A stretch of 64,000 bases of DNA from Paraphysomonas bandaiensis (Eukaryota; Protista; Chrysophyceae): NCBI GenBank assembly GCA_965644295.1, contig CBFFRP010000238.1:62001-126000 (forward strand), read 5' to 3'. Both the position numbers and the translations under genes were made by a program. Under the pieces are notes generated by a model. That model was not told the DNA's origin. It saw only the letters and a program-made list of their open reading frames with translations, and searched no databases. Shown here piece after piece: positions 1-14,267 of the stretch. Position 1 is the stretch's first letter, and the number at the start of each line of letters is the position of its first letter.

Positions 1-715
1 GATACGATAGTAGTATGCAGCTGTACAAGAAACTTAGGGGATTGGGGTAAGTCGTCGCTTTTGTATAATGTGTTTTGTTTAGCCACACCTCACTTGCTTT
101 TAGGTGGAGGGAAGCAGCGTATGAATGCATGGACGAGATAGAGTGTGATGTACTATTAGATAACTCTTGTTGGAATATATTTTGGAGAAGCAATACTCTC
201 ATAGTACGTAACTGTTTGTTGAAGCAGTGTGTTTTCATGTGATATATTCTTTTGATGAGTGCTTGTAGTATCTGGATATATACGAGGACTTGGGGAGCTC
301 TTCTCCGAGCAAGATGTCAACGGAGTCAGACTTCCTTTATCGTGCCCTTCCCAGTGGGCAGTGTGAGCTATTTCGAGCGCGCCCTGTGCCATCTATGGAC
401 TGTACACTAGTGGCGTTGCTACCACTTATTCACAGCAGAGGTGGGAGGGTATCACGAGACCTGACAGAGGATGTTACTCACATTATAGTGGATCCTGAAA
501 ACTTGTCAAGAGCGCAACTAATTAAGGTATTTGCATGTTCTTTTGTAAAGTGTATACATTTGAATAATTTTTTGGGGCAGACGCGTTTGAGAGAGTTACG
601 ACTGAAGCCAACATACCGCTTCGAAAAGAGAGTAGTTTCGCCCGAGTGGGTATATGAATGCATCAAAACAAAATCAATAATCGTGCCATCTCATAATAAC
701 ACCGTGGACTTGTAA
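1..715 (+). CDS. 3' end of a multi-exon BRCT-domain protein (possibly DNA ligase IV C-terminus); 5' end lies outside the window
   Basis: RGGRVSRDLTEDVTHIIVD...RVVSPEWVYECI is a BRCT signature (GG, THII, W..EC). GT-AG introns at ~48-103 and ~528-580. Confidence 0.65.
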
Positions 716-1366
716 CATAGAGCCTCTAAGCAGCGATTTATACGAGTATATGTGGTGTGAAATTGTTATTTTGTACATATTTTAACTAGCAGTTGCTGGT
801 TATTCTAATAAATTTAAACGTTACTTCCTTATAAAGTTTAGAAGAATAGTTTCTACTGTGTAGAAAGCTAGCTATTACACTGTACATTTAATGTCTTGTT
901 ATCTTATATATTGTTAATTGTTAAACATCATCAGAACTCCTATAAATGGAGCTCTTCTCTATATAAATTATTAACTTTAAGTTAAGCTGTGACATTCTTA
1001 TATATACTTATACACTGGCACTGTTATATAAACATTATGATAACAAAGCAATACGGAATTTGTCAATCGATTGGTTCTGTTAAAAAGAAATATTGTGCAG
1101 TGCACTCATTAATCTGTCGGAGCAACGCATTTTGTACTTGTAGCTTTGTTTAACATTATAAGTGAAAAGAATACTATTTTCACATATTGTGCAATTGCAG
1201 ATTTATTCGATGAGATTATGTATTCTTATAGTTACAGAGTATGCAGGTGGTTTACTCGAGGCAGATTGTTTCTTTCTATATATTAAATCCGAAGGAGACA
1301 TCGACCATCTAATAATACCGCGGTACCCTCCATCCTTTCTTCATCTTACGAATACGCAAATGCTCT

Positions 1367-2247
1367 TCAGTTCTCTCCTCTATCGGGGGCAACTTCTGTC
1401 GTTCTCTGCAGTACTCGCTCTTTTCAGGCATTGACTGCGGAGGGTTCACGTCGAATCCGAGTCGCTTGATCTGCATAGTACATTATAGTGACAGTCATAT
1501 TTTGAACATGTATCTTACCATTTTGTCATTCAGGTTCCCTTTCATGTACAGAGCTTGACCAACAAGGCGGCGTATTTTCGTTATGTAATTCGAATCCTTT
1601 TCCAAACATTATTAGTACGATAAAATTATAAATCTCTCTACAGTACCCGCACACTGGGCTCGTCCAGGCCTAATAAATAATTATCAATGCCGCCTTCTGT
1701 GTCAATTCCACGTAACGCAGCAGTAGTCATTCGGAATCGAACCCAATCGTTTAATGCCTCACTCCAAACTTTCTTGTTGATTACATTGGGATACCTATAG
1801 AAAAATTACTACTAACATATTATATTAACATCTGAGGAGTTCAACCATTTTCTTTTTGTCTTCTTATGTGAGAAGGAAATGTAATTACCAGACATGATAT
1901 CTTTCCCATGATAGAGACCTGTATAACAATAGTCATATATATATATCATATATACTATGCATGTCATATACATGTGATATGGTACGTAAGGTATGTATGT
2001 ATGGGTGATATGTGTGTATGTATGGTACGTGTGATGTATATATATAGGCATATGTATGTATGTATGATACGTGTAGTGTATGTATGTATGGTATGTGTGA
2101 TATATATGTATATACTTTACCTTCTTTGGCTTTATTAGAGCGATGCACATTCGGACCATGTTTAGTTGTACGACTAGGCACACGAACAAATCTCAATGGA
2201 ATGATATTATTAATCCCTAATGGTGATCGTCTAAATAGACTACTCAT
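1367..2247 (-). CDS. MRPL28: Mitochondrial ribosomal protein bL28m (5 exons)
   Basis: Spliced product MSSLFRRSPLG...RSNKAKEG/LYHGKDIMSGNYISFSHKKTKRKW/YPNVINKKVWSEALNDWVRFRMTTAALRGIDTEGGIDNYLL matches the L28 motif. N-terminus resembles a mitochondrial presequence. Confidence 0.9.
1935..2115. repeat. Degenerate TATG/TGTA/TA simple-repeat tract inside MRPL28 intron 1
   Basis: Runs of tatgtatg/gtgtgatatata; they produce spurious H/T/Y-rich ORFs. Confidence 0.8.
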
Positions 2248-4812
2248 GATAATAAATACAATCAAATTGTATTATTATTCCAATTTTAAGGTAGATTATA
2301 TATGTAAGGTGAAGTCTATATATATATATGTATGTGTGTATGTATGATAAGAGTGGGATGGAGGGCTCTGCCTGATCTTATTTTCAGTTCAATTAAAAAT
2401 TATTTGATGTTTCAGTTTGTAACTTCTAAAGATACTGTACGTACGAACTTGATATGGTGTGATGTATAATTGTGTATTCGCGAGTATACAGTGTGTATAC
2501 CTCATATGACTATCTCCTCAATATAGTGTATGTCCTGTTGTTGAGGTGGACACTTTAGCATTGCATACAAGATTAAAGTACCCTGATTACTGATTACATG
2601 ACGTTATGATAGCATTTCAAAGTGTTTCATTCCCTCCGTTTCAGATAGCTGTCACAAGAAATCCATCATACATCGCACAATACAATATACTCTATACTCT
2701 CCCTCTACTAATACACTGCTGTATTCTGCCACTGTAGTCTCTCTCCTACTTCAACTTTGTGAGTGCCTGCCGCCTATAAAATCCAGGATCATAAAAATCT
2801 AGGTATTTATACACTTGTCCAGAGGGCTCTTCTAATATCTAGAATTTAGCGTTGGATACTGCCTAAATTTACATTACATAAAAATCTAGTATTATAAAAA
2901 TATGGGTATTTAATTACAGGATGCATACATATATATACACACCTGTGATGGACGATGCATAAGTCCGTTAATAATATCTATCCAAGCATTAGAACTTCAT
3001 GCATCAGTGGTCCACAGACAGGCATCCTAAACTACAAGAAGACCATTGTCATGCATATAGTCAGTGTTCTACTTCTTTCTTCCATACAGATCTGGGTAGC
3101 TGTTGCAGAGAGGTCAGATAGCACTATATGTACAGGCATGTATGGTGGATGAGGACTCAGACAATGATTGCCCTCTAAGTCTTGAAAATGAATTAGTGGA
3201 AAGAGTACATCTTGAAAAACAAGAAAGCAACACTGACAGCGAGAGTGGTGATGCAGTTGCCCGAGTAACCACTTCAGGAGCAGCCATACAAGAAAGCTCA
3301 CAACAGAGAAGTCCATCTAAGAACTGCCGATATGTCCCTCCAATTAGAACTACCGTCGTGAAAGAAATTAAGATATACGTTGATGGATTGTAAGGTAACC
3401 AAGACAGTAACGTCTTAGTTTCTTACATGCAGATAATGTTGTAGCAGCAAACTCTACAGAATCAGCATGTGAGATGCAAATGATGATGATGGGAAAACGT
3501 GGGCTACCAGCTACTACTGCACCCACTACCCCGGCACAACAGAGTAGTAGTAGGAATTACCTAATACAGATTCATGTGGGAGTGATTCTACATTGGACAA
3601 AGAATGCGTTTAATATATACGGACGCTATTACATATTTGCTATTGCAAGTAGGCTTAACGTAATTACTCAATACTTATTACATAAAATATCTTGCTTTGT
3701 GGTCGTAACACTCAAAACTTATGTACTGCTCTTACAAAGGATTAAAGACCGTGGCAATTTAATTTATCATTTATCCCACATGGTGAGTACGAAAATTGTG
3801 TACAAGTAGAATGACAAAAGTATATTTACAGGAGGTTAAACGACTGTTCATTCAAGAAAATATTCCTTGTAACGCGCGCATACCTCATTCAGCCGCTTGC
3901 CTCAATGATATGGACTAAACAAATTTTATCATTAAGGCCTTGTGCTAATATGCATTCTTGGACAACAGCATCTAGAGTAGTAAATACAATATTTAGAAAG
4001 AATGATACATTCTTGAATTAACACTGTTTCTATTACTCTACATGCCGTTGAAGTAACGACCCCAAATAGTAAACAGAAGTGCTTCAGTCACAAATTTGAA
4101 TATAAAAAGTTTATTCAGTTATGAAGCTGTTGTTGAGCAGATTTATGAATTTATATAACTTAGGCAGACACCCACTGTGTATTGTTATAATCTGCAGAGA
4201 AGTCTCCTGTATGGTGCAGTATAAAGTTCATACTCTAATGATAGTTCATATACTATACTGGCATGACAGCTAACAGTAACAAAGAATATGTATATTGTGA
4301 TTGCCTTATATTAAAATAGAAGCTGCTGTTGTGCATCATATTTGTTACTGTACTATTCTTCAGAATAAACTCAATGCGAAAACCAAGTGACCATATATTA
4401 CAAGAAGCTCTGTATACAACTAGTAACATACATATAGCCCTACTCAGCGAAATTGATATCGATAAATCAGTAGTGTTTCTTCAAACACTTTACATTGAAT
4501 GCAATAAATTGAATCCGCAGTACCTGTCTCTTGAAAACTTATTATGTCGTTGTTGAATCTTATACTCTTTTTCAAATCATCATATCATTGGGATAGACAA
4601 GATAAAAGGAGAAGATATAAATTACCTTTAAAAGTGTATGAAAACGGTAATTTCTTTTTTTCTTTTTCATAATACATGTGTCGTACCTGGCACTCGATTA
4701 CTTTAGTAGATTTGCATTTACTAACGACGAAAATGCGGTTACTGCTAATACCTCATTTCATTTGCGCCATGTAGAAGACTTATCATTTTTATATACTGTA
4801 TATCAACATAAA

Positions 4813-5400
4813 CCAGGACTGGAACAAGATATTGCAATACTATTGTAAGGTAGCGTCTCATCGTAATATATTGCAATACATTTTAAATCTTTGGCCAAAC
4901 TATACTATTTACAATATATTGTAATATATCAGTATTTTAAACCAGCAGTTAAATACATGCATATACTCTGCTTTTATAGTTCTACTTGTAATGAAGTTTA
5001 CAAGAGAACCAACCCATTGTCACTATATGTCATAAACGAGCTTTATTACAGAATGTTCAGTTAATACGCACTTCGTGCAATAGTAATAAACTAGTTAATA
5101 GTTAATAAAATACGTAATAGTGAGTTCAATAAATATAGAGCATTTCATCTCTCATTGTCCACATAAAAGGTTAAAGAGTCAAAGTACGAGCATATCAATA
5201 ACTGACATCTGATTTTAATTTTGGAGGTTTGCCTTAGGGCTGCATACCAATTAATTGTCAATTATTGAAATTGCAATGATTAAAATTGGGATTAAAATCA
5301 TAATTTCAACTATACTTGACTCCATCTCGCTTCAATTAATTGTCAATAAATTTCAATGAATTGATATAAAATCCAAATTGTGCCTCAATGCAGTGGCCAC
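4813..5400. mobile_element. Possible degenerate MITE/hAT-like remnants
   Basis: caggactgg...ccagcag (4813-4948) with repeated atattgcaatac, and tagggctgcat...atgcag (5235-5395) with repeated caattaattgtcaat. TIRs are imperfect and no TSD was confirmed. Confidence 0.3.
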
Positions 5401-5797
5401 ACTCTGCTTTCTGGGAAACTAGTCAAGATACAGTGGTGATAGTACCACTAATACTGTAACGTTACAGCGAAACGATATTCCGACTTTTCATTTGACCAAA
5501 ATATGAAAAGTCTCTAATTATTTGTGGTGCGTTTTGGCTATGAGAACGATTAGATGCGTTTCATATTTCACTGCATCACAAGGTGAAAAAGAAGAGGTAT
5601 AGTTTTATATACTATTACGTATTATTACGTAAATTTTATAACACTAAACCTGTGATTGATTCAAACTACAGAAAATCATCATTGCTACAGAATATACACT
5701 GTACCAATAAAAATACTTCGACGTATTTTACGCAGAAGGGTCAACTATGCTACGCAATACAATACTTAACAATTGTGTCGGTATTACGGCATCGTGG

Positions 5798-8700
5798 TCA
5801 GTGCGTCTTCTTTCCATGTAGCCAAAAGTGATACCTGGCATCCTTGAACGCAGCCAGCCACATATTTCGTTCCGATGCATTTCTGAATACATTAATATGA
5901 TGGTGTCAGTTAAGTATACAAATACATTTTAAAAACTTACGCCGTGTAAAACGTTTTGACAGCACCATTTTTCATTTCTATTTCGAACGGGAATTGATTC
6001 TTTTTACGGTCACTTGATGCATTATGAACACGAATATCTTTTATCTGACTAATAAGCAAGGCATCCAGTCGAGTGGATGGATCATCCGACAAATATATAG
6101 TCAGCGCGTCCTCATCAACCACACACCATCGTTTTGTAGAAACCTTTATGAGTTTTCCCTTGATAATTGTCAAGTATCCGGCGTAATGAATGGGTTCAAC
6201 ATTAGATCCGCTTTCCTCAGTCTCTTTCATTCTCCTCTGCAGTAAGTGAAGAAGCTCCAGTTCACAATTCTCTCTCAAGAAGTGTTCTACGTAAAGCTCT
6301 AGCTGCTTGGACGGGAGAACACACTCAATGAGTCCGCCGAATATAGAAATGCCTTTGCAGCGAGAGGTGTTGGATGGGTTGTTGCTAAGTTGTTTCAATA
6401 CCTGGCAATATGCCTCATCAGCCAACCCTCCATTAGTTCGCGCAATTGCATAGAACTCTTTGGCTAGCATTGGTGGAAAGTTGCAAACTCGATCACCCAT
6501 TGCACCGAGGAGGCACTTAAATGCAGTAGTCGCTAGAGTGATATCATGTGGTTCCGATAAGCGCGTCACAGATGTCGGAATCACTTCGTTGGAGAATTTC
6601 TTTCTGGAATCCTCGAGCTCAGGATCTGCAAAGCGGCGCAAACCACGATACCGATACCACATATAAGTATCTCCTTCGACACTTGTTTGCGATAATACAG
6701 TGGGCGTATCATCAGGATCCACTTCCACAACACGTGCTGGAATTGGCCGCTTGAACACTCCAGACTGCGTTCGAACAACAGCTTTATCCGCGGCAAGACG
6801 CTCGCGCTCTTTCACCATCTGCATTACAGTCCCCCCACATACCTGTCCGCGACGCGCATTTTTATCATCCACCATCACTTCTGGATCAACAACTTTGCTG
6901 GGTGCTGAGGGTGTAAATGGCACCACGGGAGATCTAACGTCTGGTTTTGGAAGATCCGACAAAAGATTCTCTGGTTCAGGCTCTGGTTCAGGTACTTGTT
7001 TTTTCAGTGAAAAGTAGTACTCATTCAACTCGACGTTCAATGCATCCACCATGTCTTTACGATTAAGGAAAGTGTTGAGATCAATCAGTGCTCGTAGGAA
7101 CGCCCCATAATCCTCTCTCCACTGCCCGACGAGATATTTCACATATTCCACCTCGTCATCTTCCACACTCCAGGCAGCGCACTCCTCAATAGCCGCCATC
7201 ATTGCTTCAACGTCACGACCATTCCACGACATATGTGCCTGACGTACACACATCCGAGCTCTCTCGAGGTTACTGACAGTGGCTTGATACACGTCCAGGG
7301 AAGTCGTAGAGGATAAAGCAATTGCATCAGCCGCAGTAATAGCTTCTGATAGTGCGGCAATTCTATAGGGTGGTGAAGAGACCGCCCCAAGAATATCTTT
7401 AACTTCAGCGAGCTTACTTACAATACTACGTCCTTCCGCAATAGCTTCTTCCATCCTTTCTGTACTGTGCAGGAGTTTCAACTGGCGATCAGACAGACCA
7501 TCGATTTGAGAAAGTAAAAAGTTTATTTGTCCAGCATCTTCCCGTTGAATTGCATCCAACAGAGAAGATTCGATTTCTTTTGATTTTTCTGCTTCAGCAG
7601 AGTGCATGTCATGATTCATGATCATCGTACGGTAGAACTCTAACTCCTTGGTACTATTTGATAGGAGTTGCATTTGGTACTTAGACTCCTTTGAAACAAG
7701 TTGCCTGAATTCAGACCACGCTGCCTCCTCACCGACATCCTCAGGTTGGAGTTCAGCTGCGCTACAGCGTAAGGACAGTACATATTCGGCAACCTCCACG
7801 AGAGCCTCAGTCGTCGGATAGAGATAACTCCACCCGGTATCTCCACTATTAAGAGCGCGCAGATTAGATAGGGCTTGCTTCAACTCCGATGTGTTCGACA
7901 AAGAATCATCTGCAGCCACATCTCTGTCGAGGACAGCAAAGAGTTGCTGCAATGCGTTGGTCTCTCGCTCCATGTTATCCAGTCGTTCCTGCACCTGACT
8001 TGCAAGAACATGAAAAAGTTTACGAGCTCTCACGTCTAGTAACATCCCATATCCAACATCCTCCGGACCATCAGGTGATCGCACCAAGAAAGGAGCTGTT
8101 GTAGTAATGCATTGGTTTATGTTATCAATGAGAGTAAGAGTTTTTTTCATTCCATCCGGCTCAGTACTTTTCAGTGAGGATTGGCTTTGAGAAATGATGT
8201 CTTTACAGTCTTCAATAATCTGTGTGCTTGTACGAACCTCATCCGATGCTATTTTAAGCACAGGGTCAATGTCTGCCCCGTCAACAAATGATGATACTTC
8301 TGGAAACTCCTTCAGGTGTTTGTCACACGCAGACCATAGAGTGTTGCTAGATGCGTTGTCAGGAGGTACATATCCACTCTGCTCCTTCACATTGGAGGAT
8401 ATAGCGAATACGCTCCCTCTCCTATGCTGCGGAGATATCATCACATTCGCCCGTCGAGGAGATACTGGTACGTTCTTTTCTGAGGTGGAATGGTAAGACT
8501 GTTTTGACCCCTTGGGAGGAGGAGGAGGGGGGAGGGTTGGTTTCACTGTGGGATCCTGACAAGACGCCTGTCGGAGAGAATTCAAAAGAAGCTCCCGTAA
8601 TTCGACGATGTAGTCTACTACTTGCATCGCAGCTCGAGCGCGCTTGCCAAGCTTCCTCTTTCCCGAGCTCGCAAATGACTGAATCCGCGTCACGTAGTCA

Positions 8701-11700
8701 TCACTCGGAGGGGCACCTGAGTCGCCGCTGTAGGCCTCAATGATGTCGTTTATCATGGCGTTCTCTTCTTCCAGCTGCGCCAGAAGTTCCTCTAGACCCT
8801 TAGCCTGATCCTCAGCAAAACGAGGAGTGTCTTTTCTGATGTCGCGAACATTCTTCATACATTCCTGTAAGGTGTTAATATCAATCTCGTCCTCATCCAG
8901 CAGAGCGAAGACACCTCTCAGAACTTCAGCACCATCTCCGACGAGCTCCTTGTACATATTCTGTAGTTGTATTGCAAGGGGATTCTTGAGATGAAGATCC
9001 CACGATCGTTCAACAGAACTTAACCAGTACTCATCGATATCTTTAGGTTCAAAGTGTTTTATGTTTTGCAGCCGATTCAGTGCTTCAATGCGACTATTGA
9101 CTATGGCAGATTCGCGCTCAATAATTTTCTCATAACTTGTGCGAAGTGGTATCTTCCTTAACTCGATCTTTATCTCTAAAATTGATTGCAACGCCTCGTT
9201 CTCGCTGTCAATAGACTCCGGAGTATCTGACTGTCTCGCATCGATAATGCGGTCAAGTTGGAGAGCCATATCATTTATCTTGGACTTGAGAATTCTAATC
9301 TGTTTCCTAACTCGCATACCACGGTATACCTTCTGCACAAGGATCACCTGGGACTGAATCTCCCTAGACCTTAAAGCTGAAAGCATCCTATCCTCAGTCG
9401 CCTTCCAAAATACCATTGTATTTCCAACCTGAATATTTTTGCAGGCATTTTCCATATTGGGCAGAGTGGAGAGTAGTCGGACCATTTCCTCACAAACGTC
9501 TTTCGCATTGTAGAGTCCTGCTACACAGCTGAAGCGCCGGTTAGTTTTATCTCGTACCAGTGGCCCATAACGATTAATAAAAACCTCGTGCTTGAACTGA
9601 AAATTATAGCCCCGCTTACGAATAGCTAACGCATCAAAGGCTCCCGACTGTTTTAGTTGCTGGTGCACACACACACCGTGAAAAAACTGGGCTTGCTTTG
9701 AGTCATTCGGCTTAACACAGCGAATAAAATGAGGAACTGATTCATTCAGTTTTCGAATCAGATCATCCAATTGTAACTTGAACTGCCCCCCAACAGTGAG
9801 TTGCTTTGGCTTGGCTCGTCCCTTCATACTTTTCTCTTCCTCCTCCTGTCGGAGTTGCTCTAATGTCTTGGGGGGCTCGAAAGACAAATAGCTCCGCTTA
9901 ATCATGGCTTCTAAATCCTCTCCTAGCTTATCTTTGTTCTTATCAAGGAACTCGTGTACCTTGTAAAACACCCTATAAAAGATGTTAGAAGACGATGACC
10001 AATTGCATAGTGGAACAGTTCATACTGCAACTTCAAAAAAATTACGACACACATAAGCTACTGACCGTCCAGCGTAATGATCAATGGCAAAGCTGTCCTT
10101 GGAAGCAGCCCCTTTTGCTAAAAGAAAACGCGGGTGCTTCGCATGCTTCTCCTTCAGTTTGTTAAGAAACGTTGTACCGCTGGACCGTGGGACTCGACAC
10201 TCGTCGTCAAGAATAGCTAATATTCCATTAGCTCCTTTCATCTCAATAAGATCCAAAACGATCTGAATAGTATATTCCTCTGATTGAACAAGATATAGTT
10301 TGAAAACAACCTACCTGATTGTCTGCAAAACTAAATTTTTCACAGGGAATGTTCTCCCGTTCACACGCTTCCATCTCATCTTTGAAGGTGTGCTGATTAA
10401 AGTGTTGTTGCAACTTTTCGTTCGCATAATTGATGCAGAACTACATACAGTATACATTAACACTAGGAAACTGAGTGATAACTAATAAGAGAACCTGTTC
10501 GAAACCGTTGAACTCAAATATTTCGAATCCGAATATATCAAGTATCCCGATGTATCGCCTATTAGAAGGCGCGGGTTTTCTGAACTTTCCTCGCTCTTCA
10601 TTGATATCACTGTTTGCATTGGGATCAATCATCGCCAGGTTAGTACGGTCTACCAGCCAGTCGAAGCAGTTCTTATACATCGCCTTACACAGGGCATCTC
10701 TCGCCTCAGAGGCCTGCGAAGCACTCAGTTGGACGGAGTTCACTTCGCCCCGTACAAGAAGTTCCCTCGTTCTCAGTCGGGAAGAGATCTCCTCCGCTGA
10801 CAGGCCCAGCAGGTTGGATGCATGCTCCAATGACTCTTTACACAGCGCGGTGGGCTCTACTTCGCACCCACCGGAGCCACTATTCGAATCTTGGAAGGTA
10901 ATATTTCCTAGGTGGAGAATTGCAGCACAAACAGCAAATGCATCGTTTAGCTCCGGTTGAGTCATGCCTAGCTTTATACAGGCGAACTCCATCTCGTGAA
11001 ACTGCTCCGTGTCACAAACGTTCGGAATAGATGTACACCCACTTTGAGTAAGGAATCTATAGTTCTCTGGAACGCCTAAATTGAGACGTGATAGGTCTGC
11101 CCTTGAAGACTTAACCGCTGGAGAGTCAAGTTCCCGCAGTGTCTGTCGCCTCATATAAGACGGGAGAATAGAGGAATCCTTCTTACTGGCTTGATCCTCA
11201 ACGGCGGCACGGCAAATCTGGTAGAAAATGTGATATGATCGCTCCCCCTCAGCCTGTTTGTGCACGCGACTCTTCTCCAGTAGATAATTAGTGGTTCCAC
11301 ACCCCACTACCACTCCGTCCAGTTCAAAACTTAGGTTCATGAACTTGCCAAATCGGGAGCTGTTGTTATTTCGCAAAGTCTTCGCGTTCCCAAACGCCTC
11401 CAAAATGGGATTCGCGGAGAGAATTTTCTGCTCGATCCCTGATGCGGATCCCGCAGCTTCAGACAAGAAGGACATGCAAAGTTTAGTTGTCTCTGTTTTC
11501 CCTGAACAATGTACACACTAGTTAGACGGATGGATAAGTGGCAATCATCATCGAGAGGGGTGCCTTGCCTGCTCCAGATTCTCCGCTTATAAGTATAGCT
11601 TGGTTTTTTCCATCCCGCAACATAGAACTGTACGCACGACGAGATATGTCGAATGGATGGGGTTTCAATTGGTCCTTGCTATCATATTGGAGGTACTTTT

Positions 11701-12146
11701 GCATCACCAGTGGTGTGTAGAGTGGAAGAAGACGAAACGGATTAATGGCAATCAAAATGTCTCCCACAGCAGTATATATATCATCTTGGTAATACCGCTA
11801 CATAAATATCATCCTTACATATCATATATAACAATACATATTACCGTACCTCAGATAGTGTATATACAATGCTCTTCTCTGACATATCATCCATATGAAT
11901 TAGATCATCAGGTAAACGTTTTAATCCAGCTAAACTTTGAATATTTTCACAAATATTTTCTTCATTACATTCAAAGATATCACCATCTATAGCTGATGCA
12001 ATTAAACTATCCCCATTTTTACTATAACTAATTTTAGCTGGAACCCATTCATAGTCCCTTAATACCCAGCGATAATCTCCATCATCGTCAGCAGGGCCAG
12101 CATATGAAGTTAAATCTTCAGATTGCCAAAATCCTGGATGAGCCAT
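5798..12146 (-). CDS. Unconventional myosin heavy chain: motor, IQ, long helical tail, MyTH4, C-terminal PH (multi-exon)
   Basis: GESGAG/KTE P-loop, [27 protein letters not shown] motif ([12 protein letters not shown]), MyTH4 ([18 protein letters not shown]), PH ([31 protein letters not shown] in a small last exon ending at TGA 5798). Confidence 0.93.
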
Positions 12147-13513
12147 ATCTTATATAGTGAATCAATGGAGTCACTATGTAGGTTTATATTCTACTAATCA
12201 TTGTGATACTATTCTATTGAACTTTACGTGTATATATAGACTGGAATATACAGCAGTATGTAACACTCTGACGTGTTGCTGTGTATGTCCCTAGTACGAT
12301 AGTTTTATTATCATAGTATGCAATTCAGTATGGTGTGTGTGTAGAGTCTGCCAGCATAATCTGCAAAAACTAAAGATTTTTTCGTTTTCTTTAATTTTGA
12401 TGTACAAAATGCGAAATATTTCCAATAAAAAAACAGAAAAGGTGTACGTATCTCTATATATACGGCGCTACACTGACAATACTGCGTAGGATGACAAGTG
12501 CAGTGTGCAGGATATATGCAGTCAGTCCAATGAGGACATCGCAAAATCTTAATGTAGTGTTGATGACCAGAGTATAGTGTGTGATAATTGACAGTTTGCA
12601 ATTATTATCTTATATCTCTTTCTCTACAGCATTTACCACGAATTAATATCCATATATACACTCCGCACTGCAAGTTGTTATTAACTTGTTTTGACAGAGG
12701 CTATCTGTGATATTATTGACTTGCATTACAAACAGTCAACTATCACATATTACACTCTGGTCATCAACATAACATTAAGATACATGTCCTAATACCCCAC
12801 ATTATTATATTGGCATCATACACTGTACTTCATAGTAGTACCGCCGTCATCATGTAGCAATCTGTCCATACTACACTGCATAGAGCCATATATACAGCGG
12901 ATGGATGGAGAAGAATATATGTCAATATCGTCGCTGCCAACATCATCCACCTGGGCTTTGAAACAATTGAATATTGAAATAGTGACAGCAAATAATGACA
13001 GCACTTTTATTTACTCCGGTCGGACTAAGCAAAAAGTAGAGAGCGTGTGTCGAAATGCGAAAGCTTCGTTGGAAATGTACAACTTTTATCTGTGTTTCCC
13101 CTGAATATTAAATCTAACAATTACATATATAAACCTTTATTGAGTACATAAGTATGCATTGTAAAAGTAATGATGTATAGGATATTTCTCTTATACTCCT
13201 TCCAGCAGACGATGGTTTCAGTTAAGCATATTGGAATGCATAAGCTATACTACTACAGTTTTAACTACTGCATTCTAAAAGTAACATCCTAAAATACAGC
13301 TTATACTTACTCACTATTACAAAAAAGGAAAAGTCAACACCTATGTAGTATAATGAGCAAGAGACAAAAATGTAATCATGCATGTATTGTTTGCAGTACT
13401 AAACTAACATTCACCACAACCACCTCGCTTGGAAAAGCCCGCGGAATGAAAAATTATAAAACATTATATCTAGTGTCAAAACAGAGGCAACAAAGTTCCA
13501 AAGCATAAGCTAC

Positions 13514-14267
13514 TCAGTTGTTACCAATTGAAACGAGTTTAGAAAGTGATGATATTCTATGCCAAGGAGTCTTCTCAGTACTATCATGTGCTCCTTGAGT
13601 TAGGCTAGTAACATGCACCATAACCTTCACAAACGGGTTCATAGCTTCGCATATCACTTTCTCTCCTGTAATGGTACATCCAATTTCAGACAACACTGAT
13701 TATAATTTAGGATGTGTGTCGCTTACCATCAATATGGAGGTGGGGTTGTAGCTGCCGAGCCATGGCTTTCTTTCCAATTTCGGTGGAGTAAAACAAAAAC
13801 CTCTGTCATGTCGTCAAAAATTAAGCGACTTTATCATATTCATAACATACATGGCTAGGAATAGTTATGTTTGACTTGATCAGGTTTTCAGAGATTCGTT
13901 TCCTAGCTTGCTCCTCTTCTTGGTCCGAATGGGCCTCCAGCAGTAGATACACATCAGAGCATTCGCAGATTGATGACAAAATTTGTACATCGGACTCATC
14001 AAAAGGCTCCTCACTGGGAAATATCTGAGAATATTATCACTCTCGTGTGGTTATACGAGCATAATTAGAACATACACTGTCTAAAGCTATCGTCGTCTTA
14101 CGGTTATCAGGTGGAAATTTGACAGCATTTTGTACTATACTTGCACCAGGAGATAATTCCTTCTGTACAGGTTCTTTTGGACTTTCAGTCAATGGTCTCC
14201 TCGCGGGAACAAGTACCTTATATACAATATACAACACCGCTAGACACACAAGTATAAAAGGAATCAT
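13514..14267 (-). CDS. PEX22: Plant-type peroxin PEX22-like protein (4 exons, N-terminal TM anchor)
   Basis: N-terminal hydrophobic helix. Spliced SDVYLL...RFLFYSTEIGKKAMARQLQPHLHID/GEKVICEAMNPFVKVMVHV matches the plant PEX22 consensus (VLFCSTEIGR.SFVRQLEPDWHID...L.RF....LHV). Confidence 0.75.

Noticed and set aside
1812-2347. H/T/Y- and V/C/M-rich ORFs
   Set aside because: Translations of the intronic/promoter TATG repeats overlapping MRPL28.
2955-4556. Scattered ORFs (3103-3393, 3474-3809, 4329-4556) suggesting a gene divergent from MRPL28
   Set aside because: No recognisable domain and no consistent exon chain; may be a decayed gene or TE, but it cannot be supported.
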